A stretch of 36,267 nt of DNA from a virus: the UHGV virus genome UHGV-0220921. The stretch is one strand, 5' to 3'. Positions 7,887 through 14,330 of the stretch are shown piece by piece (positions within the stretch are counted from its first letter, which is position 1; each line of letters opens with the position of its first letter). A program made the position numbers and the translations under genes. The notes beneath the pieces are model-generated. The model was not told the origin of the DNA and ran no database searches. It saw only the letters and a program-made list of their open reading frames with translations.

Positions 7887-9092
7887 ATGGCAAAAAAAGA
7901 AATTGATAAACGAATTAAAAAGCACTTAACAAAAAAAGGAGAAGAAAAATATCAGTTTAGTCTGTACTTAGGAGTTGATCCGCTAACAGGAAAAAAAAGA
8001 AAAACAACGAGACGAGGTTTTAGTACGCCATTAGCCGCTGAGAGAGCTTTAAAAAGATTGGAGGCAGATATACAGGAAAAAGGACTGCAAGCTTCTACAG
8101 CTCAAAAGAGCAAGAAATTCGAATATGTTTACGGCTTATGGTTTGAAAATTATAAAAAGACAGTTAAAGAAAGCACTTGGTCCTCCACCAAACAAATTTT
8201 TGACACACACATCTTAAAAGTGTTTGGAGATAAGTTCATTGACAAAATAGACGTTTTTTTCTGTCAAGAAGCAGTAAACACTTGGTCCGATAGCCATCCT
8301 AAAATTTTTAAGAAAATAAAAAATTACACATCTAATGTTTTTGATTACGCTGCTTCTTTACAAATTATAACTAGCAATCCTATGAAATTAGTTTCTATTC
8401 CACGTGGAGAAGCTCTAGATATCGAAGATAAAAATATCGAATTTTATACTAAAGAAGAATTAATCGAATTTTTAGAAGCAATAAGAAACGATGATGATGA
8501 AAGATATTTATTCTTTTCCCTATTGGCTTTTACAGGTATAAGAAAAGGAGAAGCTTTTGCACTGACCTGGTCGGATATTGATTTTAAGAGCAAAACACTC
8601 AATATTAATAAAACTGTAACAAGAGGTTATCAAGGGAGATTGATCGTAAATACTCCTAAATCAAAATCTGGAAAAAGAAAAATTTATCTGGACAATGATT
8701 TGATCAGTTTATTGAGAAAGTATTATACAAAAAACAAAACGATCGTTACAATCCAAAGCGAAAACTTAATTTTTCACCATGATGGTCTTCTCTATAACCC
8801 TACAGTTTCACGTTCGTGGCTTAATGTCATATATAAGCATCATCCAGAATTAACTAAAAGAATCACTACTCATGGTTTTCGACATACTCATGCCTCTCTC
8901 CTTTTTGAATCAGGAGCTTCTTTAAAAGATGTTCAGGAACGTTTAGGGCATGCAGACATTCAAACTACTTCAAATATTTACACTCATGTAACTGAAACTC
9001 AAAACAAAAAAGTTATCAATAATTTTGTAGCATTTATGAAGAATAGTACTCAGGGGGAGTCAAAAGGGGAGTCAAAAAATATTTTAGGTTAA
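7887..9092 (+). CDS. int: tyrosine site-specific integrase
   Basis: C-terminal catalytic region HGFRHTHASLLFESGASLKDVQERLGHADIQTTSNIYTHV carries the R..HxxR..Y signature. It is followed by the attP-like region. Confidence 0.95.
   Translation: MAKKEIDKRIKKHLTKKGEEKYQFSLYLGVDPLTGKKRKTTRRGFSTPLAAERALKRLEADIQEKGLQASTAQKSKKFEYVYGLWFENYKKTVKESTWSSTKQIFDTHILKVFGDKFIDKIDVFFCQEAVNTWSDSHPKIFKKIKNYTSNVFDYAASLQIITSNPMKLVSIPRGEALDIEDKNIEFYTKEELIEFLEAIRNDDDERYLFFSLLAFTGIRKGEAFALTWSDIDFKSKTLNINKTVTRGYQGRLIVNTPKSKSGKRKIYLDNDLISLLRKYYTKNKTIVTIQSENLIFHHDGLLYNPTVSRSWLNVIYKHHPELTKRITTHGFRHTHASLLFESGASLKDVQERLGHADIQTTSNIYTHVTETQNKKVINNFVAFMKNSTQGESKGESKNILG
9054..9077. repeat. tandem 12-mer GGGGAGTCAAAA x2 at the int 3' end (encodes GESKGESK); candidate integrase arm-type site
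   Basis: The exact 17-mer AGTCAAAAGGGGAGTCA at 9058-9074 recurs at 9301-9317 in direct orientation, flanking the tRNA-like core. Confidence 0.45.
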
Positions 9093-9143
9093 ATTACAAC
9101 AAAAAAAGACACGATCGAAATCGTGTCTAATCGTTGATATATA

Positions 9144-9200
9144 AGGAAGGTACGGGGATTGAACCCGTGCGCCGGTATTAGCCGGTTCGCCGGATTTCGA
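9144..9200 (-). other. tRNA 3'-end-like fragment (T-arm ACGGG-TTCAATC-CCCGT plus acceptor 3' strand ACCTTCC, no matching 5' acceptor); putative attP core
   Basis: The reverse complement of 9145-9168 reads GGAAGG/TACGGGGATTGAACCCGT. The GC-rich CCGGCG repeats are unlike the AT-rich genome. Phages integrating into tRNA genes carry the tRNA 3' portion in attP. Confidence 0.4.
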
Positions 9201-9295
9201 GAATAGGGTTTAAAGCTGATTTTAAGTGTTTTTCGCTTATTATCAGCTTTTTATTATCTAAAAAAACAACTTTTAGAGACATCCATATACTGCTT

Positions 9296-9317
9296 GGGAG
9301 AGTCAAAAGGGGAGTCA
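9296..9317. repeat. second copy of the GAGTCAAAAGGGGAGTCA arm-type repeat
   Basis: Exact 17-mer match to 9058-9074. Confidence 0.45.
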
Positions 9318-9355
9318 TTTTTATATTTTATTCGCAATTTAAATCACTTAGAGTA

Positions 9356-9429
9356 TGTACCCTGTAGGACTCGAACCTACGACCGGACGGTTATGAGCCG
9401 TCTGCTATGACCAACTGAGCTAAGGGTAC
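9356..9429 (-). tRNA. tRNA with CAT anticodon (elongator tRNA-Met or tRNA-Ile2 type), 74 nt, CCA not encoded
   Basis: Manual fold of the minus strand: acceptor GTACCCT/AGGGTAC (7 bp), D-loop with GG, anticodon stem GACGG/CCGTC with loop CTCATAA, variable loop CGGTC, T-arm GTAGG-TTCGAGT-CCTAC, discriminator A. The paired 1-72 position argues against an initiator. Confidence 0.8.
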
Positions 9430-9583
9430 GGAAAGCCATAAACAGTCAACCAGTAGAATGTGTGGCAACAAACCTGTTATCGCATATCTTGGAGTGTGAC
9501 TATTTATGAGTGATAGTGAAGATATGCGACAACATCACTATTTTATCGAATGATTTTTATAGTTTTCAATATAATTATGTACT

Positions 9584-9611
9584 TCCCCTCAAAAATGAGG
9601 GGCTATTTTTA
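9584..9611 (+). terminator. intrinsic terminator (TCCCCTC-AAAAAT-GAGGGGC followed by TATTTTTA)
   Basis: Hairpin plus T-tract. It is near-identical to the terminator at 10567-10590: TATGTACT[T/G]CCCCTCA...GAGGGGCT. Confidence 0.6.
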
Positions 9612-9728
9612 TAACGTCAAATAGAACAGATGGTCGAGGAACGGAAAAAATAATTAAATAATTTGATTATTTTTTCAAAATGCTTTACTAAAGTCTATTT
9701 CCATTGATATACTGTAAGAGAGCAAAAT

Positions 9729-9757
9729 TTGACTTTCATTATTTTATGAAGTACAAT
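9729..9757 (+). promoter_or_regulatory. sigmaA-type promoter TTGACT-17-TACAAT driving the small-ORF/GNAT cassette
   Basis: Read directly. It lies about 45 nt upstream of the AGGAGG RBS and ATG 9803. Confidence 0.6.
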
Positions 9758-9802
9758 GTGAAAGTTTCAAACTAAATATAGTCCATTTAGGAGGTCATAA
9801 AA

Positions 9803-9982
9803 ATGCGTCTAAATTTAGAGCAGAATCCATCCATTTTTGTTGCAAATTCTACAGAAATGAAGAGAATTACTTCAGTCGCATCAAATAAAAAGAAAACATT
9901 TCTATCAGAAAAAGATTACAATAAAAGTGTAGAATCTGCAAAAAAAGCTTTTAATAATCTAGCATTTGAATTATCACGATGA
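9803..9982 (+). CDS. small protein (59 aa), translationally coupled (ATGA overlap) to the downstream GNAT gene; candidate antitoxin-like partner
   Basis: Strong RBS TTTAGGAGGTCATAAAAATG. Manual translation gives MRLNLEQNPSIFVANSTEMKRITSVASNKKKTFLSEKDYNKSVESAKKAFNNLAFELSR. The TGA at 9980-9982 overlaps ATG 9979-9981. It is not in the ORF track because it is under 60 aa. Confidence 0.5.
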   Translation: MRLNLEQNPSIFVANSTEMKRITSVASNKKKTFLSEKDYNKSVESAKKAFNNLAFELSR

Positions 9983-10554
9983 CAATTAAGAGCTGTGCAT
10001 ACAATGCATATATAGACACACAAAAAATAAAGGGTTTTTATTGTGAAAATGAACGTATCAACAATTTTTTTCATGAAGAAGCCGAAGAATTAGAAAAATG
10101 TGGTGCTGGAAATACAATAATCTATTATGAAGATTCAACTGGTGAAATATTCGGATTTTACACCCTATCGCTTCGTCCTTTAAATATTACAGAGCTAAAA
10201 AAGTATGATAGATTTAATAAAAAATTCTTAAGTGACTTTGCTAATTCATTCGAAATAGAAGAATTCCCTGCTCTCGAAATTATGAGATTGGGAGTAAGTT
10301 ATGATCATAGACTTAAACGTATAGGCGCTTCTATGATTTATGATATTTATAAGCAAGTTATTGAATTGCAAATTTACTATAATCTGCCAATAAACGTTAT
10401 CTTTATAGAAGCTTTATATGAAGTTACTGAATTTTATGAGAAACTAGGGTTTGAGTTCATTAAATATTCTGATGAAGAACATCGTCTCGAAAAATATCCT
10501 ATGTTGATCAACACAAAAAAAATAATTGACATTGTATATCCAGAATCAAAATAA
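9979..10554 (+). CDS. GNAT-fold N-acetyltransferase (moron gene; candidate toxin of a GNAT-type toxin-antitoxin pair)
   Basis: GNAT motifs LEIMRLGVSYDHRLKRIGASMIYDIYKQV and FIEALYEVTEFYEKLGFEF. Located between attP and the lysis cassette on the strand opposite to the lytic genes, with its own promoter and terminator. Confidence 0.65.
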   Translation: MTIKSCAYNAYIDTQKIKGFYCENERINNFFHEEAEELEKCGAGNTIIYYEDSTGEIFGFYTLSLRPLNITELKKYDRFNKKFLSDFANSFEIEEFPALEIMRLGVSYDHRLKRIGASMIYDIYKQVIELQIYYNLPINVIFIEALYEVTEFYEKLGFEFIKYSDEEHRLEKYPMLINTKKIIDIVYPESK

Positions 10555-10566
10555 TTTCTATGTACT

Positions 10567-10590
10567 GCCCCTCATCGAGGGGCTTTTTTT
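10567..10590 (+). terminator. intrinsic terminator (GCCCCTC-ATC-GAGGGGC followed by TTTTTTT)
   Basis: Hairpin plus T7 tract directly after the GNAT stop. It is a near-duplicate of 9584-9611. Confidence 0.7.
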
Positions 10591-11605
10591 ATCGTTGCGG
10601 AATATTTAAATACCAACGCTTGTCATGAAAATCTTGCGCTCCACCTTTAGTGTTCCCTTTTGGATCATTCGTTGCCCGCATCATGACGTATACTTTCTTA
10701 TTAGGAAAATTACGCATATTGAAAGATACGTGGTATCCGACATTTCCAGAAGTATTATAAGCTTGATTTACATCTGGTCTATATACTCCGTCAGCTTTTA
10801 CTCTAGCTAATTCTTTCCCAGTATTGTAATCCATAATGAAAATATACTCGTATTTATAGTTAGCGATGTGCCAACCAGCTACATGCAAGTTTGCGTTTTC
10901 GATTTCTCCGAACTGATCAATGTGGGCGTAATTCGTTCCATCTGTCAGTGTAGGGTTTGCTGCACCTGCTCTAGTTGGATCAATGACTGGTTTATCATCT
11001 GAAGTTGTCGGATTTTCATCGGTAAATCCATGAGCTAAATCATAGGCTAATTTTTCTTTACTTACGCCCATTTCAGAAAAATAACCGTAAGGATCTGTAT
11101 GATCGCCCCAAATATTTTGTGTTACCCATAAATGCGATTTGATTCCTGGTTGGTTATAAGGCGTGTCTAACGTAAGTGGAATACCATATTTCTGAGCAGA
11201 ATCTCTTGCCAATTCAACGTATGCCTTGTAGTTTTTCTCAAACGTTGCTTTATCATGTGTGTGTTGTAACTCAATCTGCACAGAACTGTTGGCATTAGCA
11301 TATGAACCAGCGCCATACTGCACATAACCAGGTTGACCGACTTGGTAAACGATTCCGCCATCACCCACAATGTAAGCAGTGTAAGCACTAGTCCATGAAC
11401 GTTGCATATACTGCGCTTCATTGCGTCCTGTTGCTGTTTCATTAGCCGTTTCATGCAGTAAAATGTACTGATTATTTGCTACTTGTGAGCTACCTTCATT
11501 TGCGCCCAAATTAAATTCATTGTTAATCGTGTAGGCAAATCCATTTACTGGCAACAAAAAAAGAGCCATTAAAAGGCTCAATGACAATACTATTTTCTTT
11601 TTCAT
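10589..11605 (-). CDS. endolysin: N-acetylmuramoyl-L-alanine amidase (Amidase_2/PGRP-type) with N-terminal Sec signal peptide and C-terminal wall-binding region
   Basis: N-terminus MKKKIVLSLSLLMALFLLPVNGFAYT is a signal-peptide-like sequence. The ILLHETANE amidase motif is present. It is the last gene of the late operon, directly after the holin region. RBS AGGAGG. Confidence 0.85.
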   Translation of the reverse strand: MKKKIVLSLSLLMALFLLPVNGFAYTINNEFNLGANEGSSQVANNQYILLHETANETATGRNEAQYMQRSWTSAYTAYIVGDGGIVYQVGQPGYVQYGAGSYANANSSVQIELQHTHDKATFEKNYKAYVELARDSAQKYGIPLTLDTPYNQPGIKSHLWVTQNIWGDHTDPYGYFSEMGVSKEKLAYDLAHGFTDENPTTSDDKPVIDPTRAGAANPTLTDGTNYAHIDQFGEIENANLHVAGWHIANYKYEYIFIMDYNTGKELARVKADGVYRPDVNQAYNTSGNVGYHVSFNMRNFPNKKVYVMMRATNDPKGNTKGGAQDFHDKRWYLNIPQR

Positions 11606-11608
11606 TTG

Positions 11609-11813
11609 TTTCCTCCTATTTTTTCAAATTATAAGCCGACACACCAGTGATAACGCCTAAAAATGTTGCTACTGCATTGATAGTGAGTACTGCCATATCT
11701 GTTCCATTCCATCCATATGCTTTTCCTAACATGGCTACTAAAGCAGATGCAGCTGGCAATACTGTTAAAACTGTCCATTTAATGACTTGATAATACTTAT
11801 CTGGTAAAATCGT
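11609..11813 (-). other. 68-codon in-frame extension downstream of the holin-like ORF's TGA, encoding two TM helices (class II holin-like); no canonical start codon
   Basis: Same-frame translation directly after TGA 11814-11816 gives TILPDKYYQVIKWTVLTVLPAASALVAMLGKAYGWNGTDMAVLTINAVATFLGVITGVSAYNLKK. Its TAG overlaps the lysin RBS AAAATAGGAGGAAACAAATG. Confidence 0.4.
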
Positions 11814-12032
11814 TCACTCACCCCCTCTCACATCTTGAATATCATGCTCAACTACTTTCATTCGGCCTTCTAATTGATAGGTTCTTTCTACCAAATTATT
11901 ATGTTTTTCAACTTTTTTCTCTAGTTGATCAATTCGATAAATTGTCAATTTATTAGAGATAACAATTCCTGAAAAAGTTCCCACCAATGAACCAGCTAAG
12001 CTAAAAATTGAAATGACCGCATCTATACTCAT
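11814..12032 (-). CDS. holin-like membrane protein (N-terminal TM helix with coiled-coil tail; XhlA-like), ends in TGA
   Basis: MSIDAVISIFSLAGSLVGTFSGIVISNKL is a TM segment followed by a charged coiled-coil. It sits immediately upstream of the endolysin. Confidence 0.55.
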   Translation of the reverse strand: MSIDAVISIFSLAGSLVGTFSGIVISNKLTIYRIDQLEKKVEKHNNLVERTYQLEGRMKVVEHDIQDVRGGE

Positions 12033-12049
12033 AATTCACCATCTTTTCT

Positions 12050-12085
12050 ACAAAATAAAAAGACGCATCACTTAAGATGCGCTCT
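12050..12085 (-). terminator. intrinsic-terminator-like hairpin (GAGCGCATC-TTAAGT-GATGCGTC then TTTTTATTTTG) enclosing the XkdX stop codon
   Basis: Read on the minus strand. It lies between the tail-fiber/XkdX genes and the lysis cassette. Confidence 0.45.
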
Positions 12086-12209
12086 TATCTTTATTAATGA
12101 TTTTATCTGCTTCTTCGTCCGTAATACATAATGGAACGAATTGTCGAACTTGGTCAGCAGTAAAACAATTCCAGTCATACATCATCTTGATATCATCATA
12201 AGAATACAT
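12072..12209 (-). CDS. XkdX-family small phage protein (45 aa)
   Basis: Manual translation gives MYSYDDIKMMYDWNCFTADQVRQFVPLCITDEEADKIINKDKSAS. RBS GGAGG lies 9 nt upstream. The W...T.DQV...V....IT.EE pattern matches the XkdX family (from memory). Not in the ORF track because it is under 60 aa. Confidence 0.55.
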   Translation of the reverse strand: MYSYDDIKMMYDWNCFTADQVRQFVPLCITDEEADKIINKDKSAS

Positions 12210-12210
12210 A

Positions 12211-12618
12211 TTATTTTCCTCCGTCAAGTTGTTCTTTGATAGTAGCAATGGCTTTTGTGTTTTGAAGGGATGTCAGCATGGTTTTCGAATTAATTTGTGC
12301 TAGTGATTCTGCTTTTGTAGTAAGCTCTTCATTTGCTTTTTTCAATGCAGCATTATCTACCTGTAAACCTATAGATAAATTTTCTAGTAGTTCCAATTTT
12401 TTAGAATAATCTTGTGTAACTGCTTCTTCCCACTTATTTTCAGTGAAGTTAAAAAATTGCGACTGTTGTCTTCTTCCGAAACCTTCATCCGTTTCATCTT
12501 CCTTCTTTTCAAACAAAATAGGTGGAACTTCGACAAATGGTAAAGTTGTTGGAAAGTTATCTTCTACTTGATGTTCTTCATATCCCATTGGATACAACAC
12601 TTTATAAATTGTTTTCAT
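12211..12618 (-). CDS. hypothetical tail-fiber-associated protein (coiled-coil C-terminus)
   Basis: ORF track entry. Positioned between the fiber genes and XkdX, as XkdW/XkdX-type pairs are in Gram-positive phages. Confidence 0.45.
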   Translation of the reverse strand: MKTIYKVLYPMGYEEHQVEDNFPTTLPFVEVPPILFEKKEDETDEGFGRRQQSQFFNFTENKWEEAVTQDYSKKLELLENLSIGLQVDNAALKKANEELTTKAESLAQINSKTMLTSLQNTKAIATIKEQLDGGK

Positions 12619-12644
12619 TTACTCTTCCTCCAATTAGTAATTTG

Positions 12645-13169
12645 TTAAGCTGGCCAAGGATCTTGAGTGATCCACATACCTGAAATATATGAACTACCTG
12701 AACCTGATTTGGCTTGTATGATGCTACTTTGATCAATGAATGCACGTGCATCCGCTGGCTGACTTGCATTTCTAACTAGTGAAAGCGCGGTTTGCGCTGG
12801 ATAGCCTTGATCACGTTTGAAACCGTCCGGGATTTTTAAAATCCAACGAGTTTCTGATCCTTCGGGCCATGTGCCACATTTAAAATTAAAAGTAAGAAAT
12901 ACGATGTTTCCGATTCTGATTATTTTTCCATTCACATCAGTTACGTTTGTTGTATCACTTCGATCAGCTAGTGTGATAGCTCGCTCGATCATACCTGCTT
13001 GCACAGGCAATCCATTGAATTGCAATCCGTCTTTAAAATTTTTCGTTCCTAAGACCGTTTCATTACCTGTGGCTTTTACTAAAACACCCTCCACACCATC
13101 AATTCCTTTGGCATGAGTTTTCAAATACTTAGCAACTCCGTCTTCTTTTAATTGCACAATATCAGCCAT
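12645..13169 (-). CDS. tail fiber distal / receptor-binding domain protein
   Basis: ORF track entry. It is the last of the fiber genes and overlaps the upstream collagen-like gene by ATGA-type coupling. Confidence 0.45.
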   Translation of the reverse strand: MADIVQLKEDGVAKYLKTHAKGIDGVEGVLVKATGNETVLGTKNFKDGLQFNGLPVQAGMIERAITLADRSDTTNVTDVNGKIIRIGNIVFLTFNFKCGTWPEGSETRWILKIPDGFKRDQGYPAQTALSLVRNASQPADARAFIDQSSIIQAKSGSGSSYISGMWITQDPWPA

Positions 13170-13537
13170 TAAACCGTCCCCACTTTCTCAAATGTAATAT
13201 TGGCTAATCCATCGAGTTTCACTTTATCTTCTTTGGACATCAAACCATTTGCTGTCGTCGTAGCCACAGCTGTCGTTGTTGCATTGGCTCCAGGATCGCC
13301 TTTGTCCCCTTTATCACCTTTTGGCAATACAAAATTAAACTTTGCTGCACTTGCAGTACCAGCATTTGTGACACTAGCTGTTGTACCACTCGTTACTGTC
13401 CCTACAGTAATTGTGGCAGCCTGTCCAGGGTCTCCTTTATCTCCCTTGATAGTTTCGGGTTTACCCTCAACAGCATCCCAATGGGTTTGAGGGTAAACCT
13501 GAACATCATTCTGTTTTACTTTTACAATATCTGTCAT
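13169..13537 (-). CDS. collagen-like (G-X-Y repeat) tail fiber protein
   Basis: Contains GDKGDPGQAATI and KGDKGDKGDPGANATT. The C-terminus ends ...NITFEKVGTV. Confidence 0.55.
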   Translation of the reverse strand: MTDIVKVKQNDVQVYPQTHWDAVEGKPETIKGDKGDPGQAATITVGTVTSGTTASVTNAGTASAAKFNFVLPKGDKGDKGDPGANATTTAVATTTANGLMSKEDKVKLDGLANITFEKVGTV

Positions 13538-13541
13538 TTGT

Positions 13542-14330
13542 CTATACCTCCCCTACTTTTTCAAACGATACATTTGGTATTTTGGAATCTGTATAAGCTT
13601 GTGCATTTTGATAAGCTTCACTCATTTTTTGATCAACATATTCTTGAGTGACGCCGCCACCTTCTCCACCACCTGTTGCAGAGATTACTCCTGTGTTTGA
13701 AATACTGATATTAGCTCCGGCAGTATAGTTGAATTGCTTATCGGCCGATAAAACATCATCAGTCATCGTTAAACCTTCACCGACACGAATACCACCTTTT
13801 ACAAATTCGGAGGCAGTGGGTAAAACGTAAAAACCAGTCACTTCTGCATTTATTTTTCCATCTTCATCAATAGTGATGTTTTCTCCTGCAGTATAGTTTT
13901 TCAGTGAATCGAGTTTTTCTTTTAACTCCAGCGAAAAATTGACATCAGATTGTCTGACTGCAGAGACTTTTCCTGTCTCATCAATCGTCAATAATTCACC
14001 AATTTTTATGCCACCCAAACGGTCGATAGTGGCAACTGGCAACACGTAGTCACCTTCTCCACTGTTTAAAATTTTTTGATACATTTCTGACGTGATAATG
14101 CCGTCATCTTCTTCACTTGCATAGGGTAATTCTGTGAGAACATTCTCTAATCCCAAATCTTCTTTAGTAATGACGACGGCTCCAATTTTGCCATTAACAG
14201 ATAAAACTGTTGCTTCTCCTGCTATTATTTCTTCTAACCCAAGAACTGCGGAAGCATGTGTGATTGGAAAGAATTGGCGTTGTACACCTGTTTTTTCATC
14301 CGTTTCCATCATTCGTTTAGTTTTAGCCAT
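13542..14330 (-). CDS. tail fiber protein (Gly-rich GGGEGGG segment)
   Basis: ORF track entry. The C-terminus ends ...NVSFEKVGEV, the same motif as its neighbours. Confidence 0.5.
   Translation of the reverse strand: MAKTKRMMETDEKTGVQRQFFPITHASAVLGLEEIIAGEATVLSVNGKIGAVVITKEDLGLENVLTELPYASEEDDGIITSEMYQKILNSGEGDYVLPVATIDRLGGIKIGELLTIDETGKVSAVRQSDVNFSLELKEKLDSLKNYTAGENITIDEDGKINAEVTGFYVLPTASEFVKGGIRVGEGLTMTDDVLSADKQFNYTAGANISISNTGVISATGGGEGGGVTQEYVDQKMSEAYQNAQAYTDSKIPNVSFEKVGEV

Noticed and set aside
9144-9230. a second complete tRNA gene
   Set aside because: Only the T-arm and 3' acceptor strand fold. No complementary 5' acceptor strand exists within about 75 nt. It is interpreted as an attP core fragment instead.
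11814-11816. TGA read as Trp (genetic code 4) to explain the holin frame
   Set aside because: Other genes here, such as MazG (TGA at 35776-35778) and 5193..5363 (TGA at 5193-5195), use TGA at positions where termination gives clean ATGA or RBS junctions. This points to the standard code.
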